Positions 1 to 15,773 of a DNA stretch of 64,000 nt are shown here, piece by piece. Position 1 is the stretch's first letter, and each line of letters starts with the position of its first letter. Origin of the DNA: the human T2T-CHM13v2.0 reference genome, Homo sapiens; NCBI RefSeq assembly GCF_009914755.1, contig NC_060935.1; one strand, written 5' to 3'. Below the pieces are notes generated by a model. That model saw only the letters and a list, made by a program, of their open reading frames with translations. It ran no database searches and was not told the DNA's origin. The translations under genes were made by a program, and so were the position numbers.

Positions 1-1140
1 CACAGGGAGACCCCGTCTCTACAAAAAAATAAACAAAATTAGTCAAACATGGTGGCACGTGCCTGTAGTCCCAGCTACTCGGGAGGCTGAGGTGAGAGGA
101 TCACTTGAGCCTGGGAGGTTGAAGCTGCAGTGAGCTGAGATCAGGCCACTTATACTTCACTATACTGGGCAATAGAGTGAGACCCTATCTTAAAAAAAAA
201 AAAAAAAAAAGCAAATCTAGAAATAACATACGGTATTAGGTTGAATCAAATGAAACTGCCATTCTTGTTGGTCAAAAACAGTCAAACACCGGCGGCGTCA
301 TATGGTTCAAACCTAGTATATAACAGAATTTTTAAAAAATCTTCACTATGGCTGGGTGCAGTGGTTCACACCTGTAATCCTGGTGACTTAGGAGGCTGAG
401 ACAGGAGAAGAGCTTGAAGCCAGGAGAGTTCAAGACCAGCCAGGGTAACACAGCAAGACCCATCTCTACAAAAAAAAATTTTTAATAAGCTGGGTGTGCT
501 GGTGTGCACCTGTACTCCCAGCTACCTGAAAGGCTAAGGCAGAAAGATCACTTGAGTCCAGGAGTTCGAGGCTGCAGTGAGCTATGATCATGCTATTGCA
601 CTCCAGCCTGGGCAAGAGAGTGAGACTCCCATCTCAAAAAATTTAATATATAATAAACAATACATACAAGAGCATAGATAGAACTTAAGAACTAGAACAA
701 AATCAGTTCCACAGATACTATAATCTATGTGTCCTGATGCCTGCCCTTTTTGTCCCCAAGATATTTTTATTATTCTGAATTGTGTTAACACAATTCCCTT
801 ACCTTTTCCAAAAAGAGAACTTTTACTACATGTGCACATATTCTTAAACAATTTTTAAAATTTATCAGGCTTTATAGAATGGTATGATACTACTTACAGT
901 CTCCTGCAGTTTGATCATTCAACATTATGTTTGTAAGATTCACCTATATTGCCACTTATAACCATATGAGGTTCTATTATTTACAAAATTCTTTCAAAAA
1001 CTTATCATCTCGGCCGGGCGCGGTGGTTCACACCTGTAATCCCAGCACTTTGGGAGGCCAAGGCGGGTGGATCACCTGAGGTCGGGAGTTCGAGACCAGC
1101 CTAGCCAACATGGAGAAACCCTGTCTCTACTAAAACATAG
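1..1140 (+). mobile_element. Three Alu elements or fragments (1-210, 349-640, left monomer 1012-1140)
   Basis: Alu consensus motifs (cctgtaatcccagc, gaggctgagg, cactccagcctggg) and A tails. Confidence 0.92.
236..316. mobile_element. MADE2-like mariner-derived MITE
   Basis: About 80 bp with inverted ends ttaggttgaa...atatggttcaaacctag, flanked by TA (234-235, 317-318). Resembles the recalled MADE2 consensus. Confidence 0.8.
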
Positions 1141-2218
1141 CCAGGTGCCAGGGAGCAAACTAAAGGAAAAAGCCAGCGCAGTGAAGGCACCATCCACTCA
1201 TCTAAACACATCCTCAGCACTGGCAGCTAGCACAACACTAGCACAGACGGACAGTGCCACTGTCAACTAGAAGAGGATACCTCTTCTGGGGAGACAGAGC
1301 ACAACTAGCCTCTCTGTTTCTGGGCTGTGGGATTAGACAAAGAAACCCCTGCCCCTGGTCCCCAGCCAGACGCAGCAGAGCACCCCTCTGCCAGGCATCC
1401 TAGTGCTGGGCTCCATCTGCACAGATGTACAGGGCAGCCCTGGACATGCCCAGGCCTCTCATGGATAAGATATCTCATGCAGCAGGGCAGGAAAAGCTAG
1501 CAGCTTATGATTCTAGTCCTCAAGGAACTTACGCTCAATGAAAATGGGGAATATCTGATCTATCTAGGAAGAGAGTGCAGGCTGACAAAGACGAGCATTG
1601 CCAATCAAAGAAGTATTGCCAGGGCTCAGAGCCACACTTCAACACTTAGGGTTCATGAGAACCTCTGGGCATGAAGCATTGTGCAGGGCATGGAGTCAGG
1701 GGTGGGTGGGTAGAGGAACAGGACCTATGCTTTAGATATGTACATGTAACTCTAAGACATGGTATACTGGTAAATGTTACAGCAACATTAAAACTGCCTT
1801 GGGACAATAAGAAAGGGAAAATAATCCTGACTGCTTAGAAATAAGACTGCAAGGTCTTGGAGCAAGGCCTTGAAATCTAAGAATTTGACCAGCATATGGG
1901 GACAGGAAGATGGGAGGTAGGGAGACTCAGTAGGAATGCACAAAACAAACCAAGGAAGGGTGATGGGAAAGAACAGGCATGGCCCCCACAGGGCTACAGT
2001 CAGAGACTGAGCAGGGCCAAGGTGTTCTAGCAGCAAGTTCTATAAAGCAGGGCCCTAGAAGTTGAGAGGAACACGGTGAAAAGGGCAAAGTCTCAGGGTA
2101 CACAGCCTCAGGGGACAATAAAATGGTAAGTTTCATATATATTTCAAATTTGGATGAATACACCTTTACAGAAAAGAAAGAGGTTCGGATGTAAGTACAA
2201 AATAAATGTTGCTTTTCA

Positions 2219-2470
<252 letters not shown>

Positions 2471-2489
2471 CTAAAACAGATGGCAACAA

Positions 2490-2690
2490 ATCAGGTGTTT
2501 ACTGAGTGTTTGCTAAGCGCCAGGCATCAGAAGCACTCTCATAGGAGTGTTTCATCTGATCCTCATGAGTATTCTTTCACGTGGGCACTACTGTTATCAT
2601 CATCCCCATTTTAAATATGAAGAAACAGAGGTTCCAAAGTCACACATCGTGTCATTTGCAGGATTCATGCTTGCAAGCACTATGCTATAT
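2490..2690 (-). mobile_element. MIR SINE
   Basis: MIR core ccccattttaaatatgaagaaacagagg plus tttactgagtg...ccaggca. Confidence 0.75.
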
Positions 2691-3244
2691 TGATAAGATT
2701 TAAAATATGAGTTTAATTTAGGTCACTAGATCCAAAAATAGAAAAATATCCATCAGTGCTTTTATTGCTTCTATTTATTTCGCAACCTATATAGGAGTCT
2801 CACCCTTGGTATCTCACCAAAGGCCACAACACCATCCATTCTGGTAAGGGTTGATTTGCTTTTGGTTGAGTGTGTCTAGTTAAAGCAAAGGATCCAAAGG
2901 ACCTTCTGCCTACTAAATTGGGCTCATGGGTCCAACAAGCTTGAAAATTACTGATTTAGGTCCAGGGTCTACGGCTTTCTAGTCCAAAGAGCAGCCTAGC
3001 ATGGAGCATCCTAGATTGCTATTTTCAGTTGGCACACCCGACCTTTTCCTGTTATTGAATGTTTGTTGTCTTGCTGAAATCTCTATGATGCTGTCTGTTC
3101 TATCTTCGTCCTAATAATTAACGTGGGATCTATCATCATTTTGCCTTCAAAATCCATGCTTTGATCTCAAAGCAAATTCAGTCCTTGGTCTTTCCCCCTT
3201 AAACAGCACATTACAGCATAATGGTTTCCATCTGTTGGAGTGAA

Positions 3245-3545
3245 GGAGTCACGCTTACCCAGAGGTCCACCTGAATCTCTTAAAGAGCTTTTACAGGCCA
3301 GGCGGTGGCTCATGCCTGTAATCCCAACACTTTGGGAGGCTGAGGTGGGAGGATCACTTGAGGCCAGGAGTTAGAGACCAGCCTGGGCAACATAGTGAGA
3401 TGCCCCACCACCACCGAAGTCTCTTTTTAAAAAAAAGAGCTTTTGCAAAGAGATTCCTAGGTCTTACTCCAAGTATTAAAAGAGAGGCACCAGCAGGGCT
3501 GTTTTGAAAAAGCTTTCAGATGATTCTAATTCACCCCCTGTGAAG
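3245..3545. mobile_element. MER5-like hAT remnant interrupted by an Alu monomer (3296-3436, +)
   Basis: aaagagctttt is duplicated either side of the monomer (TSD). ttttgaaaaagctttcagatgattctaat resembles MER5. Confidence 0.55.
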
Positions 3546-4595
3546 CAATGTGCTGTGGAGGAACATGATCCCAGAGAAACCTCTAAAACACATTCACGTT
3601 ACCAAAAACTGAGAAACCAAGAGGACAAACTTATTAGGAAATGATACAGTACTATAGTAAGAAGAAAACAAAAAAGAAAAGCTACTTCCAAAGGATATCA
3701 GACCACATTAAAGCAAAAAGTATTTTGGTCACTTTTACATTTTGTGGGGGTAAATGGATTTGCCGGTAATCCCCCCACAATTATCGTCTACAACCATCAT
3801 TCGTATAATCCTCACAATTATGGCCTGTGATCTTGTGAGGCTCAATCTTTCCTAATTTGTGGTTTTGTGTATATGACAATAAACTGATAACATCTATCTA
3901 TCAAGCTAATGAATTTTAGGGTGGGATTTGATATCAGACAGGTTTTATTTCTTAAAACCTTAGAGAATGAAAACAAAGATCTAGTATCTCTATTTAGTTG
4001 TCAAAAGGTTTCCAAGAACTTTTTAGTCCTATGGTAGTGTTGTCCAGAGATGCAGTCCCCATCTTACTCCAAGCCCAACATCACAGAAAGTATCCGGGGC
4101 ATTTAAGCAAGGGTCTGCAAAGCCTCCTCCAAGTCTCTGCTTAGACATTATGCTCCCCTGCTCCCCAGGGGGCAGCACGGTCCTGGTGCTCTGAAGACTG
4201 TGGTCCCCACCACCACCCTCATGCTGTGTAAAACACAAAAGTAAACAGGGGCTGGGCATGGCAGGACAAGGGGGTGCTGGACTCGGAAGTTCAGCATTTT
4301 GCACATCATGTCCACTGGGAAGGATTCTCGGAGGTGACTTTATTTACGTGTGGCATCGTCAACACATGTCACCAGCACTAGCCAGAATCCTCTCCAGAGC
4401 TGAGTCAACCCAGAAAGGACATAGAGAAGAGGGAAAGAGATGTAAGAACTTTCCAATTCTCTTTAGCACTGCCCTAAACATTGTAAACAAAAACACACTT
4501 ATTCTTACGTAATACTGTAGTTCAATATTTATTCACAGTAGGAAGAAAGGGGGAGATGGTGTATGGAGAGAAGGATTTGGAGAGGAAGAAAATGA

Positions 4596-4890
4596 GGCCG
4601 GGTGCGGTGGCTCACGCCTGTAATCCCAGCATTTCGGGAGGCTGAGGAGGGCAGATCACCTGAGGTCAGGAGTTTGAGACCAGCGTGGCCAACAGGGTGA
4701 AACCCTGTCTCTACCAAAAAAGTATAAAAACTATCTGGGCATGGTGGCGGGCACCTGTAATCCCAGCTACTCAGGAGGCTGAGGCAGGAGAATCGCCTGA
4801 ACATGGGAGGCAGAGGTTGCAGTGAGCCGAGATCACACCACTGCACTCCAGCCTGGGTGACAGAGCAAGACTCTGTCTCAAAAGAAAAGA
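4596..4890 (+). mobile_element. AluS-type element
   Basis: Full dimeric Alu; aagaaaatga / aagaaaatga flanks are a probable TSD. Confidence 0.93.
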
Positions 4891-5189
4891 AAATGAAAGA
4901 GAACACCCAGGCACAAGCAAGAAAAATGACAGGTTAAGGACAGCAGAGAATCCTAGAATAAGTGTACCAACTACTGGTGGTCTTCTTGTCATCACTATGT
5001 CTCCAGGCACCTTCCTGATTGCTCCTGAAAGTGAGCATGGTAAAAAGGGGGTTGGACAGACATGGCTGGGTTCTCTCCTGTACCACGCACTGGTTTAGCC
5101 ACAGCTGGTGACAGTGGAGGGAAAATTGGTCCTACTTTTTCAGATATCTCAACTTGGAACAATTTACTTGGGCTTCAGAAATAAAGACT

Positions 5190-6190
5190 CATTAATACAT
5201 TTGCCTAAAACACACTTACTCAATGTCTACTATGTCCTGGCACTGTGCTAAGCGCCAGGGAACCAACAAAGAACAAGATACATAAGGCCCCTGCCCACAA
5301 CGGGGCTTACATGACAGAGAAGGAGGGATGGGGAGAGAGAGAGAAATGGACAGTAAGCAAGTACACGCAGCTATGGACTGGGCTCACTGCCATGAGGGAA
5401 ACAAGGGTGACTGGTGTGGTGGTGTGGGTATTTCTAAGGAGGCCACACTGAACTGACCTGAGATCTGAGGTGTGAAAAGCCACAGCAGCCCCATGGGAGC
5501 ACAGGGCCATGAGGAAGGAACAAGTGTGACGCCTTCAAGGAACTGAGAGGCCTGTCTCACTGGAACAGGACAATCAAGGAAAAGGAAGAGCAGAGCATGA
5601 GATTGCCGGGTGGACTGGGGCTTACAGATACCAATTCACAAGTCCTCAACATGTTGTTGATGTTTACAGCTCACAAACTGGGTTCGATCCCCTGGGGACA
5701 GAAGAGGAGGAACCAGCACAGGCCTTAAAATGCCCTTTCTTATGTGACTGTCACCACAGTAAGAAAGCTTTCTACAGGGCACCCTCGCATACACCCCCAA
5801 AACAAACACTATCCCCACAGCAATACTCACTCTCACAACTGGGCAACACTTATTAATATTTTCTACTCTATTTCATTTTAAAAAGCAATCAACATGCTAA
5901 CATTTCATGCCCCACTAGAGGTTCACAAGCCACAACTTGAAAAACTGGTTTAAGTTCAGGCAGCAAAAAGAGGGGCCAGGGCAGAAGGCAAGGTGAGGCA
6001 GGCGCCACTGCCAGGAAGGAGAGTGGTATTCCCTAATGGTGCTGCTAAGTGGCCATTAGATTTGGCAATATGGAACCTGTTGGTGACAAAAAAAAGAACA
6101 GCTTCAGAGTGATGGGTGGACAGATGTCAGATTGGAGCATGTGAAGAGTGAACAGAAACGGGAGAGAGAAGTGGTTGAGAATGGAACAAG
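5190..6190 (-). mobile_element. L2 LINE fragments (continuing at about 7390-7730)
   Basis: L2 3'-end-like cttactcaatgtctactatgtcctggcactgtgcta, with purine-rich L2 body motifs (atgtcaaatgctactgagaagtcaaataaaatgagaactgaaaag). Confidence 0.65.
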
Positions 6191-6249
6191 GGGTTTAAAC
6201 TGACTTTTCACTTTATCTATGAAGTTTCATTTATTTAAAACCCAGGAAG

Positions 6250-8286
<2,037 letters not shown>

Positions 8287-9043
8287 ATTTCTTGACCATT
8301 TTAATAATCAATATACAATTGGTAAAAGTGATGTGGCGATGTGTGTATCTACATCTTAGACCCACGTATGTTGGGCATGTGTGCACATGCACCCTTCTCT
8401 GTGAGCCTGCACATAATGGCAGAGATGCTCAAAAGGTGCTTACGCTGGGGCATGCAGACCAACACCCCAGACCCCTGCCTCTGAGGCTCCATCGGTCAGT
8501 GCTCTTGGCCTCAAGCCATCTGCACATGTGTGTTTCAGAGAGTGGGGTCACATTCTCTAAGTCTAGGAAGAAGCTTTTCCAACTTGGGTATCATCCATAG
8601 GAAAAAACATTGCTGTTAGCCCATGGAAAATGGGTGGCCACCAAAACCACTGGGCAGTGACCCGCTTCCTGATGGGAAGTGTGGGAACGACCAGAAAGGG
8701 GGTGAGAGAGGCATCACAGCAGCGGCAGCCAGGGCCTCCTCATCAGGTACCACACACGAATGCTCCCCTGGCTGCCATCTGCCAACATCCGAATGCTGTT
8801 TCGATTGCCATAAAGACACCAAACTTCCACAGTCTACACTCTCAGGAGGAATGAGGAATACCCACCGCTCACTCAGTCTCCGTAAGGTGGCTTCTGATAG
8901 ATATACCAAGAGCCCCTCCTCGTAGAAAGATAGATCAGGATTTTCCAAGGGTAGATAAGAGGCACTGCCAAGCCCTGGAGTAGCGAAGGGTGGCTAACAC
9001 TAGTTCACATCTCACACAGATGCAGAAAGACTGAATTACTTAC

Positions 9044-9097
9044 TTGAAATTCATTTTCTTTCTGAGCTTGTTCGGATCCCTCTTTATTACAGGACCT
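9044..9097 (-). CDS. CHKA: CHKA exon 3, 54-nt in-frame cassette exon (RSCNKEGSEQAQKENEFQ), the 18-aa insert of the long isoform
   Basis: Acceptor ttttctcattcatag| at 9099-9098 and donor CAA|GTAAGT at 9043, phase 0-0. The peptide matches the known 18-aa isoform difference (457 vs 439 aa). Confidence 0.96.
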
Positions 9098-10526
9098 CTA
9101 TGAATGAGAAAAAGGAAACACTTCTGGTGAGATGGGGAACACTAAACAGACACTAACTTTGCAACCACCAGAACAGTCAGGGTTTACAAAACATCACAGG
9201 TCTTTAAGGAAGGTTTCTCAGCCCACCGATGTGACGGGCAGCATCTAATGCACCAGCAGCCTCCAGCACTAGTACCAACACCTTAGAAAGTGCTTCATTG
9301 CTTTACGAGAAAAGGGATGTGCCGGTGAGACCCGATAGCTGCACGTCTCACAGCCGCCCCATGTACCTTTCACAATTTCATTGTTAGAGGAAAGTCAATA
9401 GAGTGCACTCTTCCAATCAGGCCTTCTAAAGACAAGCGGTCAGGCTGAGTCTCTCACCAATTTAGCTACGTGGTTCTCTCAAGTCAACCTGCAAGAACAG
9501 GGAGTGTAAACATGCCTGTGGACAGCTGTGGTCAGCACAGAACTTGGACAGAGAAGAAAGCGCTGTGCAGGCAGGAAACCTGGCACAAAATCTGTGCAGA
9601 CATGCCCTGCCGACTCGCCACTTTCCCAGAGTAACCCCTCTAGTTCAGCCGGTCACCAGCTCAAGCTGAACTGTTCCTCTACCATAAAGAGGACTGTGTG
9701 TATTTAATAAAGTCTCTAAAATTATTTCATATATTAATATATTAAGAAATACTTATATCACTTTCCTCAATGAAATTGCAAATTTATGATAACCAGGATT
9801 CTAGCAATAACAACACACTAGATCATTAACTACCATAAACAACCCTTGGGCTACATTCTTTCTCATGGTACAGATCATATATTTTAAGAGCAACCCCCCA
9901 CCCCAAATGCTTTAAAATCCTTCGTACTATCTTTAATAAGGGAATGGGGAAAAGTAAAGTCAGAAACTTGTGTCACGTCAAACTTTTATACTCAAATACT
10001 GCCTCTAAAAATGTTACTTGTTAAATTAAACTAAGTCTGCTTAAGCCAGACACAAAAGGAATCCCAGAAAGGAAACCTCTTTAAAAAAATTTAAGGTAAC
10101 AGATTCTTGAACACCCCATGAAAAACATACCTTTCCATTCCACAGCTTTATCAAAAATACCTGTACCAAGGGTGGAAAGTGTGGACAGGAAAAAAAATGC
10201 CACGTTAAGCAACACCAGCTACTCTAGCACCAATCAAAAACCTAGTGATTTAAAGCAACCACTCATCCATCACACACTGAAATAACATTACAGACGTTTT
10301 AATGCATGTTTTGTATAAACAGTACATGTAATATAAAAGTAAACAAAATAAGTATCCATGTTCATAAATCTATTTGCAAAAGGCTCTTAACGTTTGCACT
10401 GATACATATTCAATACTATATTTAGCATACAGTTAAGTACATTTGGTACAAAGTACAGAAAGTACAAATGGGGATTTATGATATTTTCATTTGTGTAATC
10501 TGCAGTTCTCTGATGAAAAGATGTTA

Positions 10527-11116
10527 CAGGTTAAATCCCGTTACAATGAAAGCTATAAAAATCAAAATACTACAAAAATGCTTTCAGATCTTTGCAGATG
10601 GTTTGATGTGCGATGTGGTAGGCGCTGGAAAGCTTCCCTTCACCCTAATTCCAAACACTCTCGTGGCCGCATCGTTCCTTAGACTCTGCTTTGCGGGTCG
10701 CCTCTTCCAAGCAGTCTGTAAATTCCTAATGAATAGGGACTGCGTCTTTTATTGATGTTAGTCTTCTCCCAGAGCACCAAGCAAATCTCGATGCCCACTA
10801 CACTTTTTAGGCTGCATGAATAAATGAACACTCCGGAGTGGTATAGCACGAGGCAAGTGAGCCCAACGAGCTGCCTGGTGCCACGCAGCCAACCAGTGAT
10901 AGCAAATTCCCATCCAGGGTCTTGGTAACAAGGAAGCTGGCTGTGGGGTTAATTAGAAATGCCCCTTCAAAAGTCCTTGTGTTTTTTTCTCCAAAGAAAC
11001 TTAAGAACAAAAAAGTTCTATAATCTGATATATTACATATTAATACTTTGCAGTATAAGCTTTAAGACAAATAAGTTAGATACTCTTCTGAAATTGTTGT
11101 AACGGGATTTGACCTG
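10527..11116. mobile_element. Non-autonomous Tc1/mariner-superfamily (Tigger-like) DNA transposon, 590 bp
   Basis: 20-bp TIRs caggttaaatcccgttacaa (10527-10546) and ttgtaacgggatttgacctg (11097-11116), 19/20 complementary. TA on both sides (10525-10526, 11117-11118). CAG start as in Tigger TIRs. Confidence 0.75.
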
Positions 11117-11602
11117 TACACAATTCTAAATGACTATGGTTATTCCTATGCTGTTGTTACTCTAACTGTATCTTCTTAGGGAGATACAGTTAATGGGTTA
11201 TTTAGCCTTCAGAAGTCCCTTTCCCTTATCTAATGGCGCTCGCAAAAGCAAGTTACTTCATCCAAAGTTAAAAATTGGCTGAGGCCCCAAAGTCTTTCCT
11301 TTTTTTAAACATATTGGCACTATAAGTGGTAGTAAATCCATGATAATCTCCCCTGCCCACTCCCTCACTCCACCCCCAGATGAATTCATCACTTATACCA
11401 TAAGAGCACCATTATGAAGGCAAGATGGACTTCTGCAATATCCAGCCCTCTGTTCTGTTTCCTCAGTACAGAATGTTCAGGCTCCCTAAGTCCTGTAAAT
11501 AAGAAGTGTAAGACGAGGAAATCTCAAACCAAGTGTATATTCATGGAAAGGTAAGAGAATAACTTTTTCGTCCAGGAAGACAGGAAGTTAAATATATTTT
11601 GG

Positions 11603-12117
<515 letters not shown>

Positions 12118-12254
12118 TTACTTCAGTGACATAAATTCATTTGAAGTAGATATTAAAATACATTGTATAAATATTTAGTATGACATCCAACTTTTCTCTA
12201 ACAAGTTAATAAAAATTATCCTCTATAAGTTATAAAACAAAACTAAGCTTTTTA

Positions 12255-12560
12255 CATTTATTAGAAATTTGAACACTGGTTATTTAATATTAAGTAATTA
12301 TTAAATTTTTTTAATGTGAACATTACTGTGGTCATTTTTAAAAAATCATCTTATATAGATACAGACTGAAATATTTACAGAATAATATAACATCTGGAAT
12401 TTGCTTCAAAATAACCCTGGTGGAGTAAATGAGGGAAAAGATGGAAGAAGACTGGCTGTGAGGGGAAGATGAGGAATGGACACTGGGGTTCATTATACTC
12501 TTCTACTTTAGGGTATATCTGAAATTCCCCATAATAAAAACTTTTAAAAAATAAACATTG
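12255..12560 (+). mobile_element. Old L1 (L1MC4/5-like) 3' end
   Basis: actgaaatatttacagaataa...atctggaatttgcttcaaaataa...ggggttcattatactcttc...cataataaaaa. Confidence 0.7.
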
Positions 12561-12869
12561 AAATTTCAAGACCTAAGAAATCAGAATGTCTCAATTATGC
12601 CTAAGACACCCAACTCCATAAATACACTGAAAACCACTGAATTCTACACTTAAAAGGCACACAATAATGAAAAATATATTGCCACTGGCTTCCTCCCACC
12701 TTCTTTCTTTCCTTCCTATTTTGGGCTTAGTTTTCAAGAGAATCTTAAGTTAGAGTCATATATTCATTAGCCTGTGATGTAGGAAACAAATGAGGCTACA
12801 GTGACAGCATTAATAAAGGAGGCATACTTACTATTTTAAAGTTAGCTTTTAAGAGGTGAAACTTTAAAA

Positions 12870-15773
<2,904 letters not shown>

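Noticed and set aside
8616-8948. Three overlapping ORFs (74-110 aa) just downstream of exon 3, plus a donor-like GCG|GTGGGT
   Set aside because: No recognisable homology, and the only nearby acceptor is a weak GAG. Treated as part of the CpG-retaining zone instead.
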